From the NCBI GenBank assembly GCA_027460535.1, contig JAPZAR010000008.1, positions 49,320-81,319 of the forward strand: 32,000 nt of DNA, in the 5' to 3' direction. A program made the translations under genes and the position numbers. Below are positions 17,921 through 26,635 of the stretch, piece after piece; the first letter of the stretch is position 1, and each line of letters starts with the position of its first letter. Origin of the DNA: Candidatus Methanoperedens sp. GTDB lineage: Archaea; Halobacteriota; Methanosarcinia; Methanosarcinales; Methanoperedenaceae. Under the pieces are notes generated by a model, which saw nothing but the letters and a program-made list of their open reading frames with translations, did no database searches and had not been told where the DNA came from.

Positions 17921-19720
17921 ATGACCAAAACCACCGAAGACGCAAAAAAACTCCCTGATTCCCCCGGCGTATACATAATGAAAGATAAAGATGACCGTGT
18001 CATCTATGTGGGAAAAGCCGCCTCGCTTCGGGACAGGGTGAGCCAGTATTTCAGGGAACAGAACTCCCCGAAAACCCGGATGATGGTGGCAAATCTCGAA
18101 GATATCGAGTACATAGCCACTGAGAACGAAGTCGAAGCCCTGGTGCTGGAATCCAATCTCATAAAAGAGCACAGGCCGCGGTATAACGTGCGCCTCAGGG
18201 ACGACAAGGCTTACCCATTCATCAAGATAACAAATGAAGAATTCCCGCGCATCTGCATATCCCGGCGCCGCGAGCCTGACGGAGCGCAGTATTTTGGGCC
18301 TTACCCCAGTTCAAAGGCTGTGAGGGAACTTATTAGATTGGCTTCAAGCTTCGGCATCAGGCGGTGCAAGAAGAAACTTCCATGCCCCCCATGCCTCAAC
18401 TATCACTTAAAACAATGCGCTGCTCCATGCCTCGGCGAAGTGACAAAAGAGGAATACCTGGATATCATCAAGAATGTGGCCAATTTCCTCAAGGGAAGGC
18501 GAAGCCAGCTTATCCATGACCTGAAGGAAGAAATGGAAAAGCTTTCAGAAAATCAGGAATATGAAGCTGCTGCGCATATCCGCGACCAGATCAATGCGCT
18601 GGAGGAACTGTCGGAAAAGCAGCGCGTGAACATTCCCGGACAGAAAGAGCAGGATATAATCGCATTTGCAGTTTCTGGAACCCTTGGAAACCTGCAGCTA
18701 TTCCACATAAGCGAAGGTAAGCTCAAAGGGCGCGATACTTTTTCACTGAACACCGCAGGTTCAGATGAGGCTGAGGTGCTGTCAAGTTTTATCGAACAGT
18801 ACTATCAGAATATCGAGCCGCCAGAAGAAATAATAATCCCCGTTGAACTCACGGACGAGGTCGTATCTCGCTGGCTCACCGAGAAGGGCTCGAAGCTCAA
18901 AATCCCGAAAAATAAGGTCGAGAGGGGATTGATGAACCTTGCGCAGGAGAATGCCCGGATGCTCCTGAACCAGAAGGTGCTTGCAGAAAGCAGGGATAAG
19001 AACGAACCGCTTCTGGGGCTGCAAAAAGCCCTTGGCCTGCCTTCGCCACCCTCAAGAATCGAAGCCTTCGACATCTCAAATATCGGGGGTACTGATGCAA
19101 CAGGCTCTCTTGTGGCCTTCGAGAAAGGAGAGCCAGATAAGAAGAATTACAGGCGCTTCAAGATAAAGACGATAGAGGGCGCAGATGATTTTGCAATGAT
19201 GGCTGAAGTCGTATCGCGCGCATATTCGCGAAGAAAGGAAGAGGGAAAACCAATGCCCGACCTGATATTGATCGACGGGGGAAAAGGACAGCTGAATGCC
19301 GCTATCTCCGCGCTGGAAGGGATTGGCCTGAAGCTCAATACAGCAGCGCTTGCCAAGGAGTTTGAGTATATTTTCCTTCCTGACAGGGAAACGCCTGTGG
19401 TGTTGCCAAAAGACTCACCTGCGCTTCAGTTATTGCAGAGAATCAGGGATGAAGCGCACAGGTTTGCAATTGGATATCACAGGAAACTGCGGGGAAGGAG
19501 ACTTGATGCGTCCTGGCTGGATGAGATAAAAGGTATAGGGGAGAAAAAGAAATTGGTGCTCCTGCGGTATTTCGGGTCTGTTGAGGAACTTAAGAAAGCC
19601 AGGCTTTCGGATATCGAGAGGGTGCCGGGAATCGGGAAGAAGGACGCTATGGCGGTGTACGAGTATTTTCATGGGGCAATAAATGAAAAATCCGGCAATG
19701 CTGATGGCATGCCTCAATAA
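17921..19720 (+). CDS. uvrC: Excinuclease ABC subunit C
   Basis: GIY-YIG N-terminus (PGVYIMKDKDDRVIYVGKAASLRDRVSQYF...EYIATENEVEALVLESNLIKEHRPRYNV), UVR domain (YEAAAHIRDQINAL), an RNase H-like endonuclease domain and a C-terminal HhH. I prefer ATG 17921 over the ORF track's GTG 17912. Confidence 0.95.
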   Translation: MTKTTEDAKKLPDSPGVYIMKDKDDRVIYVGKAASLRDRVSQYFREQNSPKTRMMVANLEDIEYIATENEVEALVLESNLIKEHRPRYNVRLRDDKAYPFIKITNEEFPRICISRRREPDGAQYFGPYPSSKAVRELIRLASSFGIRRCKKKLPCPPCLNYHLKQCAAPCLGEVTKEEYLDIIKNVANFLKGRRSQLIHDLKEEMEKLSENQEYEAAAHIRDQINALEELSEKQRVNIPGQKEQDIIAFAVSGTLGNLQLFHISEGKLKGRDTFSLNTAGSDEAEVLSSFIEQYYQNIEPPEEIIIPVELTDEVVSRWLTEKGSKLKIPKNKVERGLMNLAQENARMLLNQKVLAESRDKNEPLLGLQKALGLPSPPSRIEAFDISNIGGTDATGSLVAFEKGEPDKKNYRRFKIKTIEGADDFAMMAEVVSRAYSRRKEEGKPMPDLILIDGGKGQLNAAISALEGIGLKLNTAALAKEFEYIFLPDRETPVVLPKDSPALQLLQRIRDEAHRFAIGYHRKLRGRRLDASWLDEIKGIGEKKKLVLLRYFGSVEELKKARLSDIERVPGIGKKDAMAVYEYFHGAINEKSGNADGMPQ

Positions 19721-19793
19721 TGAGTGAAAGAAATACTGAAAAGAAGAAGTTATTAATTTAACATCCTTCATATAAGATTTAAAGTGAGGAAAT

Positions 19794-20702
19794 ATGGTTT
19801 ATGATGTTATCATAATAGGAGGAGGCCCGGCAGGTCTCACCGCAGGAATATATGTAAAACGTGCCATGATGAATGCGCTCCTTCTTGAAAGAACAGGAAT
19901 TGGCGGCCAGATAATCATTACTGACCTTGTGGAGAACTACCCGGGTTTCCTTGAGATCTCAGGCGGTGACCTGGGACGGAAATTCGAGGAGCAGGCCCAG
20001 AAGTTCGGACTTGAAATGAAAAGCTTGGCCGAGGTTACCGGGATCGAGGACAGGGGGAGCACAAAGCTCGTCAAAACCACAGATGGCGATTTTGAAACCA
20101 AAACCGTGATAATAGCAACAGGCACGACGCCCAGGAAGCTGGGGGCAAAAGGAGAATTGCAGTTCATCGGGAGAGGGGTCTCCTATTGCGCCACTTGCGA
20201 TGGGTTTTTCTTCAGGGACAAGATCGTTGTCGTGGTGGGCGGAGGGGATTCCGCGATCACTGAAGCAATATTCCTGACCAAGATGGCCAGGCAGGTGTAT
20301 GTGGTCCACCGCAGGGACAGACTCCGCGCCGAGAAGATTAACCAGGAGCATGCCTTTGCGAATCCCAAGATAAGCTTCGTGTGGGACTCCGTGGTGGAGG
20401 AAATCGTGGGAAAACAGGTTGTGGAGAAGGTAATGATCAGGAACGTCAAGACCAATGCCATCTCTGAAATAAAAACGGACGGCGTGTTCATCTACGTGGG
20501 GCTTATTCCCAACACGGGCTTTGTGGACGTAGAAAAGGATAAGGGCGGATTCATAGTCCCATACTCGGGGCAGGCAACCTCCATCAAGGGTATTTTCGTG
20601 GCCGGGGATTGCAGGGTCACACCTCTGAGGCAGATCGCTACGGCTGTGGGTGATGGGGCGATCGCGGCAGTGTCGGCTGAGAGGTATATAGAGGAACTGT
20701 AG
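19794..20702 (+). CDS. trxB: Thioredoxin-disulfide reductase (low-Mr type)
   Basis: 302 aa with YDVIIIGGGPAGLTAGIY (FAD), the CATCDG redox centre, VVVVGGGDSAITEA (NAD(P)H) and GIFVAGDC. GAGG lies upstream of the ATG. Confidence 0.92.
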   Translation: MVYDVIIIGGGPAGLTAGIYVKRAMMNALLLERTGIGGQIIITDLVENYPGFLEISGGDLGRKFEEQAQKFGLEMKSLAEVTGIEDRGSTKLVKTTDGDFETKTVIIATGTTPRKLGAKGELQFIGRGVSYCATCDGFFFRDKIVVVVGGGDSAITEAIFLTKMARQVYVVHRRDRLRAEKINQEHAFANPKISFVWDSVVEEIVGKQVVEKVMIRNVKTNAISEIKTDGVFIYVGLIPNTGFVDVEKDKGGFIVPYSGQATSIKGIFVAGDCRVTPLRQIATAVGDGAIAAVSAERYIEEL

Positions 20703-20738
20703 AAAAAAAATTAGAAGATGAGATTGAAATCCTCATCT
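20703..20738 (-). terminator. Hairpin plus T8 tract downstream of the protease gene (between convergent trxB and protease)
   Basis: A 7-bp stem, AGATGAG (20716-20722) with CTCATCT (20732-20738), has a 9-nt loop. On the minus strand it is followed by TTTTTTTT (plus-strand A8 at 20703-20710). Oligo-T tracts are the known archaeal termination signal. Confidence 0.4.
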
Positions 20739-23700
20739 CTTCTTTCGACCAAGTTTGTATAACGCTGATAGCGCTATCAATACTAAAAAGAATTCAAACC
20801 CTGGTCCTTTAGGTGTCAGAATAATTGAAGGGTTTGCATTTTCTACAGTTCCTGCAGATGCTACTGCTCCCTCTTTTTCCGAAATAGCTTTTTGTACCTG
20901 CCCACTTTCAAGTCCCACGATTGCAAAATGTGAGAATGCAATGGTCTTGGCTTCATAGTAGGTATATTTGTCATCTCTGGTCTCTTCTGCGGTTTCTACC
21001 GGCGCCCATCTGCCACTATCCCATTTAACCATCCTGATATCACCACTCCGGAGGTTGTTGTTTGCAAGCCACGAATTATCAACCCTGAATCTTATCAAAG
21101 CTTCTTTTATATTCTTCGGAACGGCAAAACCCGTCGAACCGACCCAGATATTAATATTCTTATAAACTATACCAGGAGCCGGAATTTTTAGAAGTGAAGA
21201 GGTATTTCTGAGCACTTCGACTGCTACATTAATTTCCCCAGCACTGATATTTCCTGTTATGTTGATCAACAACAAAGGATTGCTTGCATTGGTGAACCGG
21301 TACGGAGTGACCTGATCCTTGAAAATGAAAAGGTCATATTTCTCCTTCAGCTCGATGTTTGTGAAATTCTCACCCGATGCCCCCCCGCCTCCTCCTCCGC
21401 CGCCGCCCCCACCACCACCTGAACTGGAAGGAGGGGGGGAGGGGGAGGCGGAAGGGGCGCCCAAAACTGCAAAGGTACTGAGATGTGATATGTTGGCCCA
21501 TACGTAGCCTGCATATCCATCGGTATCTGCGGTTTCCACGCCGACACCATATACCCACTGCGGAGAACCTGCACTAAGCGTTTCCCATCTGTACGGGACA
21601 GCAGATTCATTGAACCACGATATTTTAAGGGAAGCCTCATCCAGCCCTGATGCGTCCAGTTCTGCCTTCGTATAATAGAATTTGAGTTTTATCCAAGTGA
21701 TATTTTTTCTGATATTTTCGCTGGCATTTATCTCGATATATTTCCCAAGAGGAGTTAATGCGAATGATTGATTCATTTCAGGTGGAATATCGCTACTCAT
21801 CGTTATGTTAACAGTGCCGCTGATTGTGTCATTGGATGTAACTAACTCAAGAGTTGTATTTGCTTCTCTTGAGGCATTCATTATTGTCGCATTATTTGCA
21901 GTTGTGTTTACAGATTGATTGATATAAGGCGGCATTCTGGTTACGAACCATGTTTTCTCGGTATTGTTGATATTGCCCGCGAGGTCGGTTGCGATAATGG
22001 TCACATTGTACCTGCCATATTCAGAGTTATTGGAATAATCAAGGTAAAACGGGCCGTTGCCAGTCATTGGAGAAATATTCAGGAAACCCTTTGGATGTTT
22101 CACTTCAACACGGATGCCGGAAGTGTTTAGATATGTATCGCTCACAGCTGCTGTAATATGCACGAGCTGGTTTATTGTAGGCGTTGATGTGGATGTTGAA
22201 AGATTTGTTACCGCTGGTTTCATCTTATCAATAGTCATATCCAGAGAATCGTTGTATGCGGAATTACCTGCCTGATCTGAGGCTGAAATGTTTAGTGTCA
22301 GGTTCCCTTCTGGCAAATTCGTGTCTACAGTTCCATTCAATCCGTAAATACCAGGTCCGAGCTTTCCCAGCGTCTTGTTGTGCACCTCAACCTTCGACTC
22401 GTTTATGACATGCATGGTCACAGCGAGATTCTCACTAACAATGTCCGTGGCATTTATCTCGACGAAAAAGCTATCACCCGTTTTCATCATCGTATCATTT
22501 ATGAAGACGGAGTCGAATGCAGGCGATATGGTATCAAGAATAATTGTATCATTGACAGGTAATGTCTCGCCTGCATCATTTCTGGCATTAAAGTAAACTG
22601 TTTTTAAGCCGTCACTATTGCTTAATGTCCATGATTTCGTAGACGCCATTGGTTCCCATGTACTCCATGAAGCATTGTCGTTGCTGAAGCTCATATTTTC
22701 TGCGTTAATTGCTGATATGCTCAGAGTAACAGATGCTGAGTTAGTGTAAGCATTTCCATAGTTTATTGCAATGGATGGAGAGGAGGGAGGAGGAGGCGAT
22801 GTTAATGCTGCATCATCCACAGTGAAAAGAGTCGGAGCACTACTATCAGTTGTTGTATTGAATTTCAGCCGAATCGTCTGTCCTATGAATTCTGATACAT
22901 TATATTTTTCACTTATTCTCCAGCCATCGCTCGCGTTAAGATTGCTCAGAGTCACAAGTGACCTTAATAAAGTATTATCTCCAGGACTTCTTATTTCAAC
23001 TTTCATTTTATCATAAGGAGTTGTAGTTGTGCCCTCCGTGGTGTAAATCCGATACCAGAACCGGACATATGCGTGCTTCAAGTTCGAAGGAAGCGTTACA
23101 TCCTGATAAATATACTCATTTGCTTTGTCATAACCACTCATTTCTGCGTCCCAGCTTCCGCTGTGAGCATACTGGGAGCTATTAATTACCGGGTATCCAC
23201 CGCTGCTGTACTCAACCCAGTTTATATGCCCACTCTCAAAGCCGGGGTTAAGTAAAAGATTTAAAGTTTCCGCAGCTGGATAAAACCTGCCGCAGTAATT
23301 GGAATTAATACCATGGTTGTTATAAAAGGCAGTGCAGATTTCGAATAGATGCGGTGTACCATCTCCAAGATTCGTATTGTTATCATCTGCAACCATGATA
23401 TCTTCAAGATATTCTGTAAAGTTGAAAGGTTCTAGTTTCATTGCGTTGATAACAAGCTTATCTGAGCTTTCATTTCCCAACATCGTTCTGATATCCCACG
23501 CCGCGCCTGAGACTATTCTGCTGTCGTCGTGCACCTCTCCGACAATATCATCAGGATATCTGTAGGTGTTGTTCAGATATCTCATACAACCTGGGCCATC
23601 GATATTCTCCATACAGGAGTTATTATTAATCGTGCTCGCGAAATAATCTGCCCATCCTTCATTCAGCGCACCGCTCTCATCACTGTAAGGCAGAGGTGTT

Positions 23701-25511
23701 GTATAAACATGGTCAACTACATTATGTGTGTACTCATGGTAGATAATACTGCTAAATAATGACGTGGCTTCGCATCCATACCCTGCGCCAAAGAAATAGA
23801 GATCGGTACCAGTGCTGAATGCATTGCAATAATCAGGATATTGAACATTTGCGATAGTCTGATAATTCATGGAATAGATGTCAAAAGGACTTCCTTTGGT
23901 AAAGAAGTCGTGGACTATATTTACATGATAGAAGACGTTTGACTGCTCTTTTTTATAATAGGAATCATTATCGCTCCAGTCCCAGTTGTGCGTAGAGGGA
24001 GTCGTAACAGTTGCTCTGTGGAATGCATTTTCTCCAGTGTCGTTATTTACTTTCACAAATGGCCCTTCGAGCTGCGAATATAGGATAAAACTGCTTAAAG
24101 GCACTGAAAAGCTGTAGTTACCGTCTGACCCAGTGTTCCCTAATACTGTATGGCTTGGCATCTCCTGTTCTACTATGGAAAATCCTATATTATTCCACTT
24201 ATCAAAGTTGTCTGCAGGATCGATAAAAACAACGCCATTGTTTGTAATAACTTTAGCGTCATCGATATACCATCCATCATAGCTAATGGATTGATCAGTA
24301 GTATATCCAAAACCTATCCAAATCTGCTTTCCAATATAAGAAGATAGGTCTATGTCCATTGTGTCCCATGTACTTCGATTGTCTGTATATTCTTCAATAA
24401 TTATAAAATTAGATGGATTTATACAATCAACTGTGCAGATAGCTACAAGACCAGAATCCCAGTAATTCTCTATGAAATACTTTGTCTTAAATTCAAGAGT
24501 TGCCGAGGAAACGCCGCTCAAACTTATAGGGTTTTTTGTTTCGATATGATTCCATAAATTGTTCCCTTCGCCGGACCAGAATACATTACTTAAAGTGTTA
24601 GCTTCAGAATATAGCTTCTCGTTCCGAAATCCTTTTGTTACCTTGCTCTGGTTAGGATTCTCTGGATACATCGGTCCTATAACTCTTCCGTTCAGAGTAC
24701 CAAAAACGACCTTGTTGTATTTCTCCAAGATTTCGCCGTTGTTTGCATCAATTATATAAATCCACTTTGCAGGAGGAGACTTGATCAGTCCGAGTTCTAC
24801 TTTGTAAGCGAGATGGTACTCATTCCCAATCTTTGTGAACCTGGGATAGATCACAAGGGAGGCATCTTCCACACTGGTTATCTCTTCTGTAATATTCTTG
24901 TCCGTAACATTTTCAGATTTCAGTCTATGCAAATCCCTGAAATTATAAGTTCGCTGCGGTTTTAAACCTCCCTCTATGCGAACTCCTATATCCTTCTCCA
25001 CAATCTCCAATATACCTGCATCGCTTAACGCTGGTTCAGTGCTGATCTCTATTTTTGGATAGTAGTTAGATTTGAGAGTTACCATCTTTCCATTTTTGAT
25101 CGCCGCTATCACACTGCTTGAATAAACAGGCAGCCCGTTGTATGTCTGGACATATTTTAATATCGATAAATCCTCGGGTTTTTGAGCGATGTAAGATGAA
25201 GAGGTTACTAAATTCTTAGGATCAACTTCAAAGCGCAAAGGATTATTCGAAAGGAAAGAGCGAACTTTCGAATCCAAATCGTTCTGAGAAATAGAAATGC
25301 CATTGTATCCAAGGTCAAAACTTCCTCTGACTATCTTTTTGAACTCTTCACTATTATGCATGACCTGTCCAGCATAGAGGGTCTCCATTGACTTCTTATT
25401 TCCATCCGATTCAGATTTCATGCTGCTTTGAGTTTTGTTATCTGCAGTAAATCCCCATGCCACCCCAAGAAGCACGAAAAGTGCCAAACAAATCAATACC
25501 AATCTTCTCAT
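20733..25511 (-). CDS. Secreted thermolysin-type (M4-like) zinc metalloprotease, multi-domain, PGF-CTERM anchored
   Basis: 1592 aa. Signal peptide MRRLVLICLALFVLLGVAWG. FTP/PepSY-like propeptide (YVQTYNGLPVY; WIYIIDANNGEILE). Zinc site HEYTH (23724-23738) plus ESGALNEGWADYF (Glu codon 23658-23660), matching the thermolysin HExxH...ESGAxNE spacing. Several beta-sandwich/Ig-like modules and an S/P/G linker follow, then a PGF-pre-PGF-like domain. The C-terminal GPGFEFFLVLIALSALYKLGRKKR is a PGF-CTERM signal. Confidence 0.9.
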   Translation of the reverse strand: MRRLVLICLALFVLLGVAWGFTADNKTQSSMKSESDGNKKSMETLYAGQVMHNSEEFKKIVRGSFDLGYNGISISQNDLDSKVRSFLSNNPLRFEVDPKNLVTSSSYIAQKPEDLSILKYVQTYNGLPVYSSSVIAAIKNGKMVTLKSNYYPKIEISTEPALSDAGILEIVEKDIGVRIEGGLKPQRTYNFRDLHRLKSENVTDKNITEEITSVEDASLVIYPRFTKIGNEYHLAYKVELGLIKSPPAKWIYIIDANNGEILEKYNKVVFGTLNGRVIGPMYPENPNQSKVTKGFRNEKLYSEANTLSNVFWSGEGNNLWNHIETKNPISLSGVSSATLEFKTKYFIENYWDSGLVAICTVDCINPSNFIIIEEYTDNRSTWDTMDIDLSSYIGKQIWIGFGYTTDQSISYDGWYIDDAKVITNNGVVFIDPADNFDKWNNIGFSIVEQEMPSHTVLGNTGSDGNYSFSVPLSSFILYSQLEGPFVKVNNDTGENAFHRATVTTPSTHNWDWSDNDSYYKKEQSNVFYHVNIVHDFFTKGSPFDIYSMNYQTIANVQYPDYCNAFSTGTDLYFFGAGYGCEATSLFSSIIYHEYTHNVVDHVYTTPLPYSDESGALNEGWADYFASTINNNSCMENIDGPGCMRYLNNTYRYPDDIVGEVHDDSRIVSGAAWDIRTMLGNESSDKLVINAMKLEPFNFTEYLEDIMVADDNNTNLGDGTPHLFEICTAFYNNHGINSNYCGRFYPAAETLNLLLNPGFESGHINWVEYSSGGYPVINSSQYAHSGSWDAEMSGYDKANEYIYQDVTLPSNLKHAYVRFWYRIYTTEGTTTTPYDKMKVEIRSPGDNTLLRSLVTLSNLNASDGWRISEKYNVSEFIGQTIRLKFNTTTDSSAPTLFTVDDAALTSPPPPSSPSIAINYGNAYTNSASVTLSISAINAENMSFSNDNASWSTWEPMASTKSWTLSNSDGLKTVYFNARNDAGETLPVNDTIILDTISPAFDSVFINDTMMKTGDSFFVEINATDIVSENLAVTMHVINESKVEVHNKTLGKLGPGIYGLNGTVDTNLPEGNLTLNISASDQAGNSAYNDSLDMTIDKMKPAVTNLSTSTSTPTINQLVHITAAVSDTYLNTSGIRVEVKHPKGFLNISPMTGNGPFYLDYSNNSEYGRYNVTIIATDLAGNINNTEKTWFVTRMPPYINQSVNTTANNATIMNASREANTTLELVTSNDTISGTVNITMSSDIPPEMNQSFALTPLGKYIEINASENIRKNITWIKLKFYYTKAELDASGLDEASLKISWFNESAVPYRWETLSAGSPQWVYGVGVETADTDGYAGYVWANISHLSTFAVLGAPSASPSPPPSSSGGGGGGGGGGGGGASGENFTNIELKEKYDLFIFKDQVTPYRFTNASNPLLLINITGNISAGEINVAVEVLRNTSSLLKIPAPGIVYKNINIWVGSTGFAVPKNIKEALIRFRVDNSWLANNNLRSGDIRMVKWDSGRWAPVETAEETRDDKYTYYEAKTIAFSHFAIVGLESGQVQKAISEKEGAVASAGTVENANPSIILTPKGPGFEFFLVLIALSALYKLGRKKR
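21381..21458 (-). repeat. Low-complexity coding tract: Gly13 preceded by a Pro/Ser-rich linker (APSASPSPPPSSS-G13)
   Basis: Read directly from the sequence: 13 consecutive GGN codons at 21381-21419 and CCN/TCN codons at 21420-21458. It contains C7 (21380-21386), G7 (21433-21439) and G5 (21441-21445) homopolymers. Confidence 0.9.
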
Positions 25512-25520
25512 ATTTTCCTC

Positions 25521-25964
25521 TTATGTCACAAACAATTGCTCTTTTTTAATTATTTCATTTCCAAGATCATCATAATAAAAATTCCAAGCCAAGTTATCTC
25601 CTATTCTAACCTTCCAGGCTGTTCTGTTTTCTATGACCGTCTTTTCAATAGTTTTTATGTCCTTTTCCGTCACATTGTAAGTGACAGGTCTTCCTGCGAT
25701 GTCTCTGTATACAATACCGGTTCCGATCAGATTGTTTCTTATCTTATCCTTTATTGCATCAATGCCGGCAGGTGTCGGGAATACCGTGGAAGATGTATTA
25801 TCACTTGAATTAAGAGTTTTTTCTACACAGCCCGCATTAAATATTACAAAAAATGTAACAATCCATGTACTGATAATTTTTTTCCAAATTTTATGCGAAG
25901 CATTTCGGTTCGCTCTTTCCAGAGGAAAACAATTCCTCATCTTTTTCGACACCATTTTTCCCAC
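25521..25964 (-). CDS. Small secreted lipoprotein, possibly PepSY-like, co-transcribed with the metalloprotease
   Basis: Signal plus lipobox (KIWKKIISTWIVTFFVIFNAGC). The C-terminal TAWKVRIGDNLAWNFYYDDLGNEIIKKEQL resembles a PepSY beta-hairpin pattern. A 9-nt gap containing GAGG separates it from the protease ATG. The start is uncertain: GTG 25964, ATG 25955 or ATG 25940. Confidence 0.6.
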   Translation of the reverse strand: MGKMVSKKMRNCFPLERANRNASHKIWKKIISTWIVTFFVIFNAGCVEKTLNSSDNTSSTVFPTPAGIDAIKDKIRNNLIGTGIVYRDIAGRPVTYNVTEKDIKTIEKTVIENRTAWKVRIGDNLAWNFYYDDLGNEIIKKEQLFVT

Positions 25965-26058
25965 ATTTTCCTAGAATATATGATGATTGCCCACGGTACG
26001 TTTTTCTAGCGACATCACCAAAACCCAAACTCTCTTCTATACCGGCCATATATATTAC

Positions 26059-26078
26059 TTTCGTTTTTAAAAACGAAA
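26059..26078. repeat. Perfect 20-bp palindrome TTTCGTTTTTAAAAACGAAA
   Basis: Read directly from the sequence. It lies in the 163-bp spacer between the rpl11 stop and the lipoprotein/protease operon start, about 80-100 bp upstream of a TATA-like AATATATGA element (25975-25983, minus-strand sense). Confidence 0.85.
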
Positions 26079-26100
26079 AATGAGAAAAGTTGGGGATTAA

Positions 26101-26127
26101 TATAAAATAAAAAATTTTAAAAAAAGG
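26101..26127 (-). terminator. Oligo-T termination tracts after rpl11
   Basis: The minus strand reads TAA-CC-TTTTTTT-AAAA-TTTTTT-A-TTTT immediately after the rpl11 stop (plus-strand A7 at 26119-26125, A6 at 26109-26114). Confidence 0.45.
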
Positions 26128-26610
26128 TTAAAACGGCTCGTTCAGATCTGCATCGAACTTGCCGCTGTTGATCGCTACAATAGCTTCCTTTGGATTCAGA
26201 CCCTCGAAGGTCACACCAAGGGGAACGCATGAGCCCACGACCTCTTTCACCGCATTTTTCAATGTCTTTGAGAGAGTGTCGCTCTTCTTCATGCGCGCTA
26301 TTTTCACTGCCTGTTTAGCAGTGAGATTGCCGATCGTCTTCGTGTTCGGTGTACCGGAGCCCGTTTCGACTCCCAGTTCTTTCTTTATGAGCGACGAGGT
26401 TGGCGGTGTCCCGACCTGGATCGTGAACTGCTTCTTATCGTCAACTATTATTTTGACAGGGACCTGCATTCCGGCGAACGCTTTTGTCTCCTGGTTTATC
26501 TTATCTATGATTGCCTTTACATTCACGCCGAGCGGACCAAGCGATGGACCAAGTGGCGGACCCGGGGTTGCAGAACCGCCGGGGACTAATGCTTCTAATG
26601 TGGTTACCAT
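26128..26610 (-). CDS. rpl11: 50S ribosomal protein L11 (uL11)
   Basis: 160 aa. LVPGGSATPGPPLGPSLGPLGVNVKAIIDKINQETKAFAGMQVPVKI is the uL11 N-terminal domain signature. It sits directly downstream of spt5. Confidence 0.95.
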   Translation of the reverse strand: MVTTLEALVPGGSATPGPPLGPSLGPLGVNVKAIIDKINQETKAFAGMQVPVKIIVDDKKQFTIQVGTPPTSSLIKKELGVETGSGTPNTKTIGNLTAKQAVKIARMKKSDTLSKTLKNAVKEVVGSCVPLGVTFEGLNPKEAIVAINSGKFDADLNEPF

Positions 26611-26635
26611 TTTTAATTCTCCTTTATTAATGCAA

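Noticed and set aside
21380-21445. G-quadruplex-forming or phase-variable switch interpretation of the G/C homopolymers.
   Set aside because: The runs are fully explained by Gly (GGN) and Pro (CCN) codons of a linker. One loop would exceed the canonical 7 nt, and there is no evidence of variation within this single sequence. The observation is kept only as a low-interest note.
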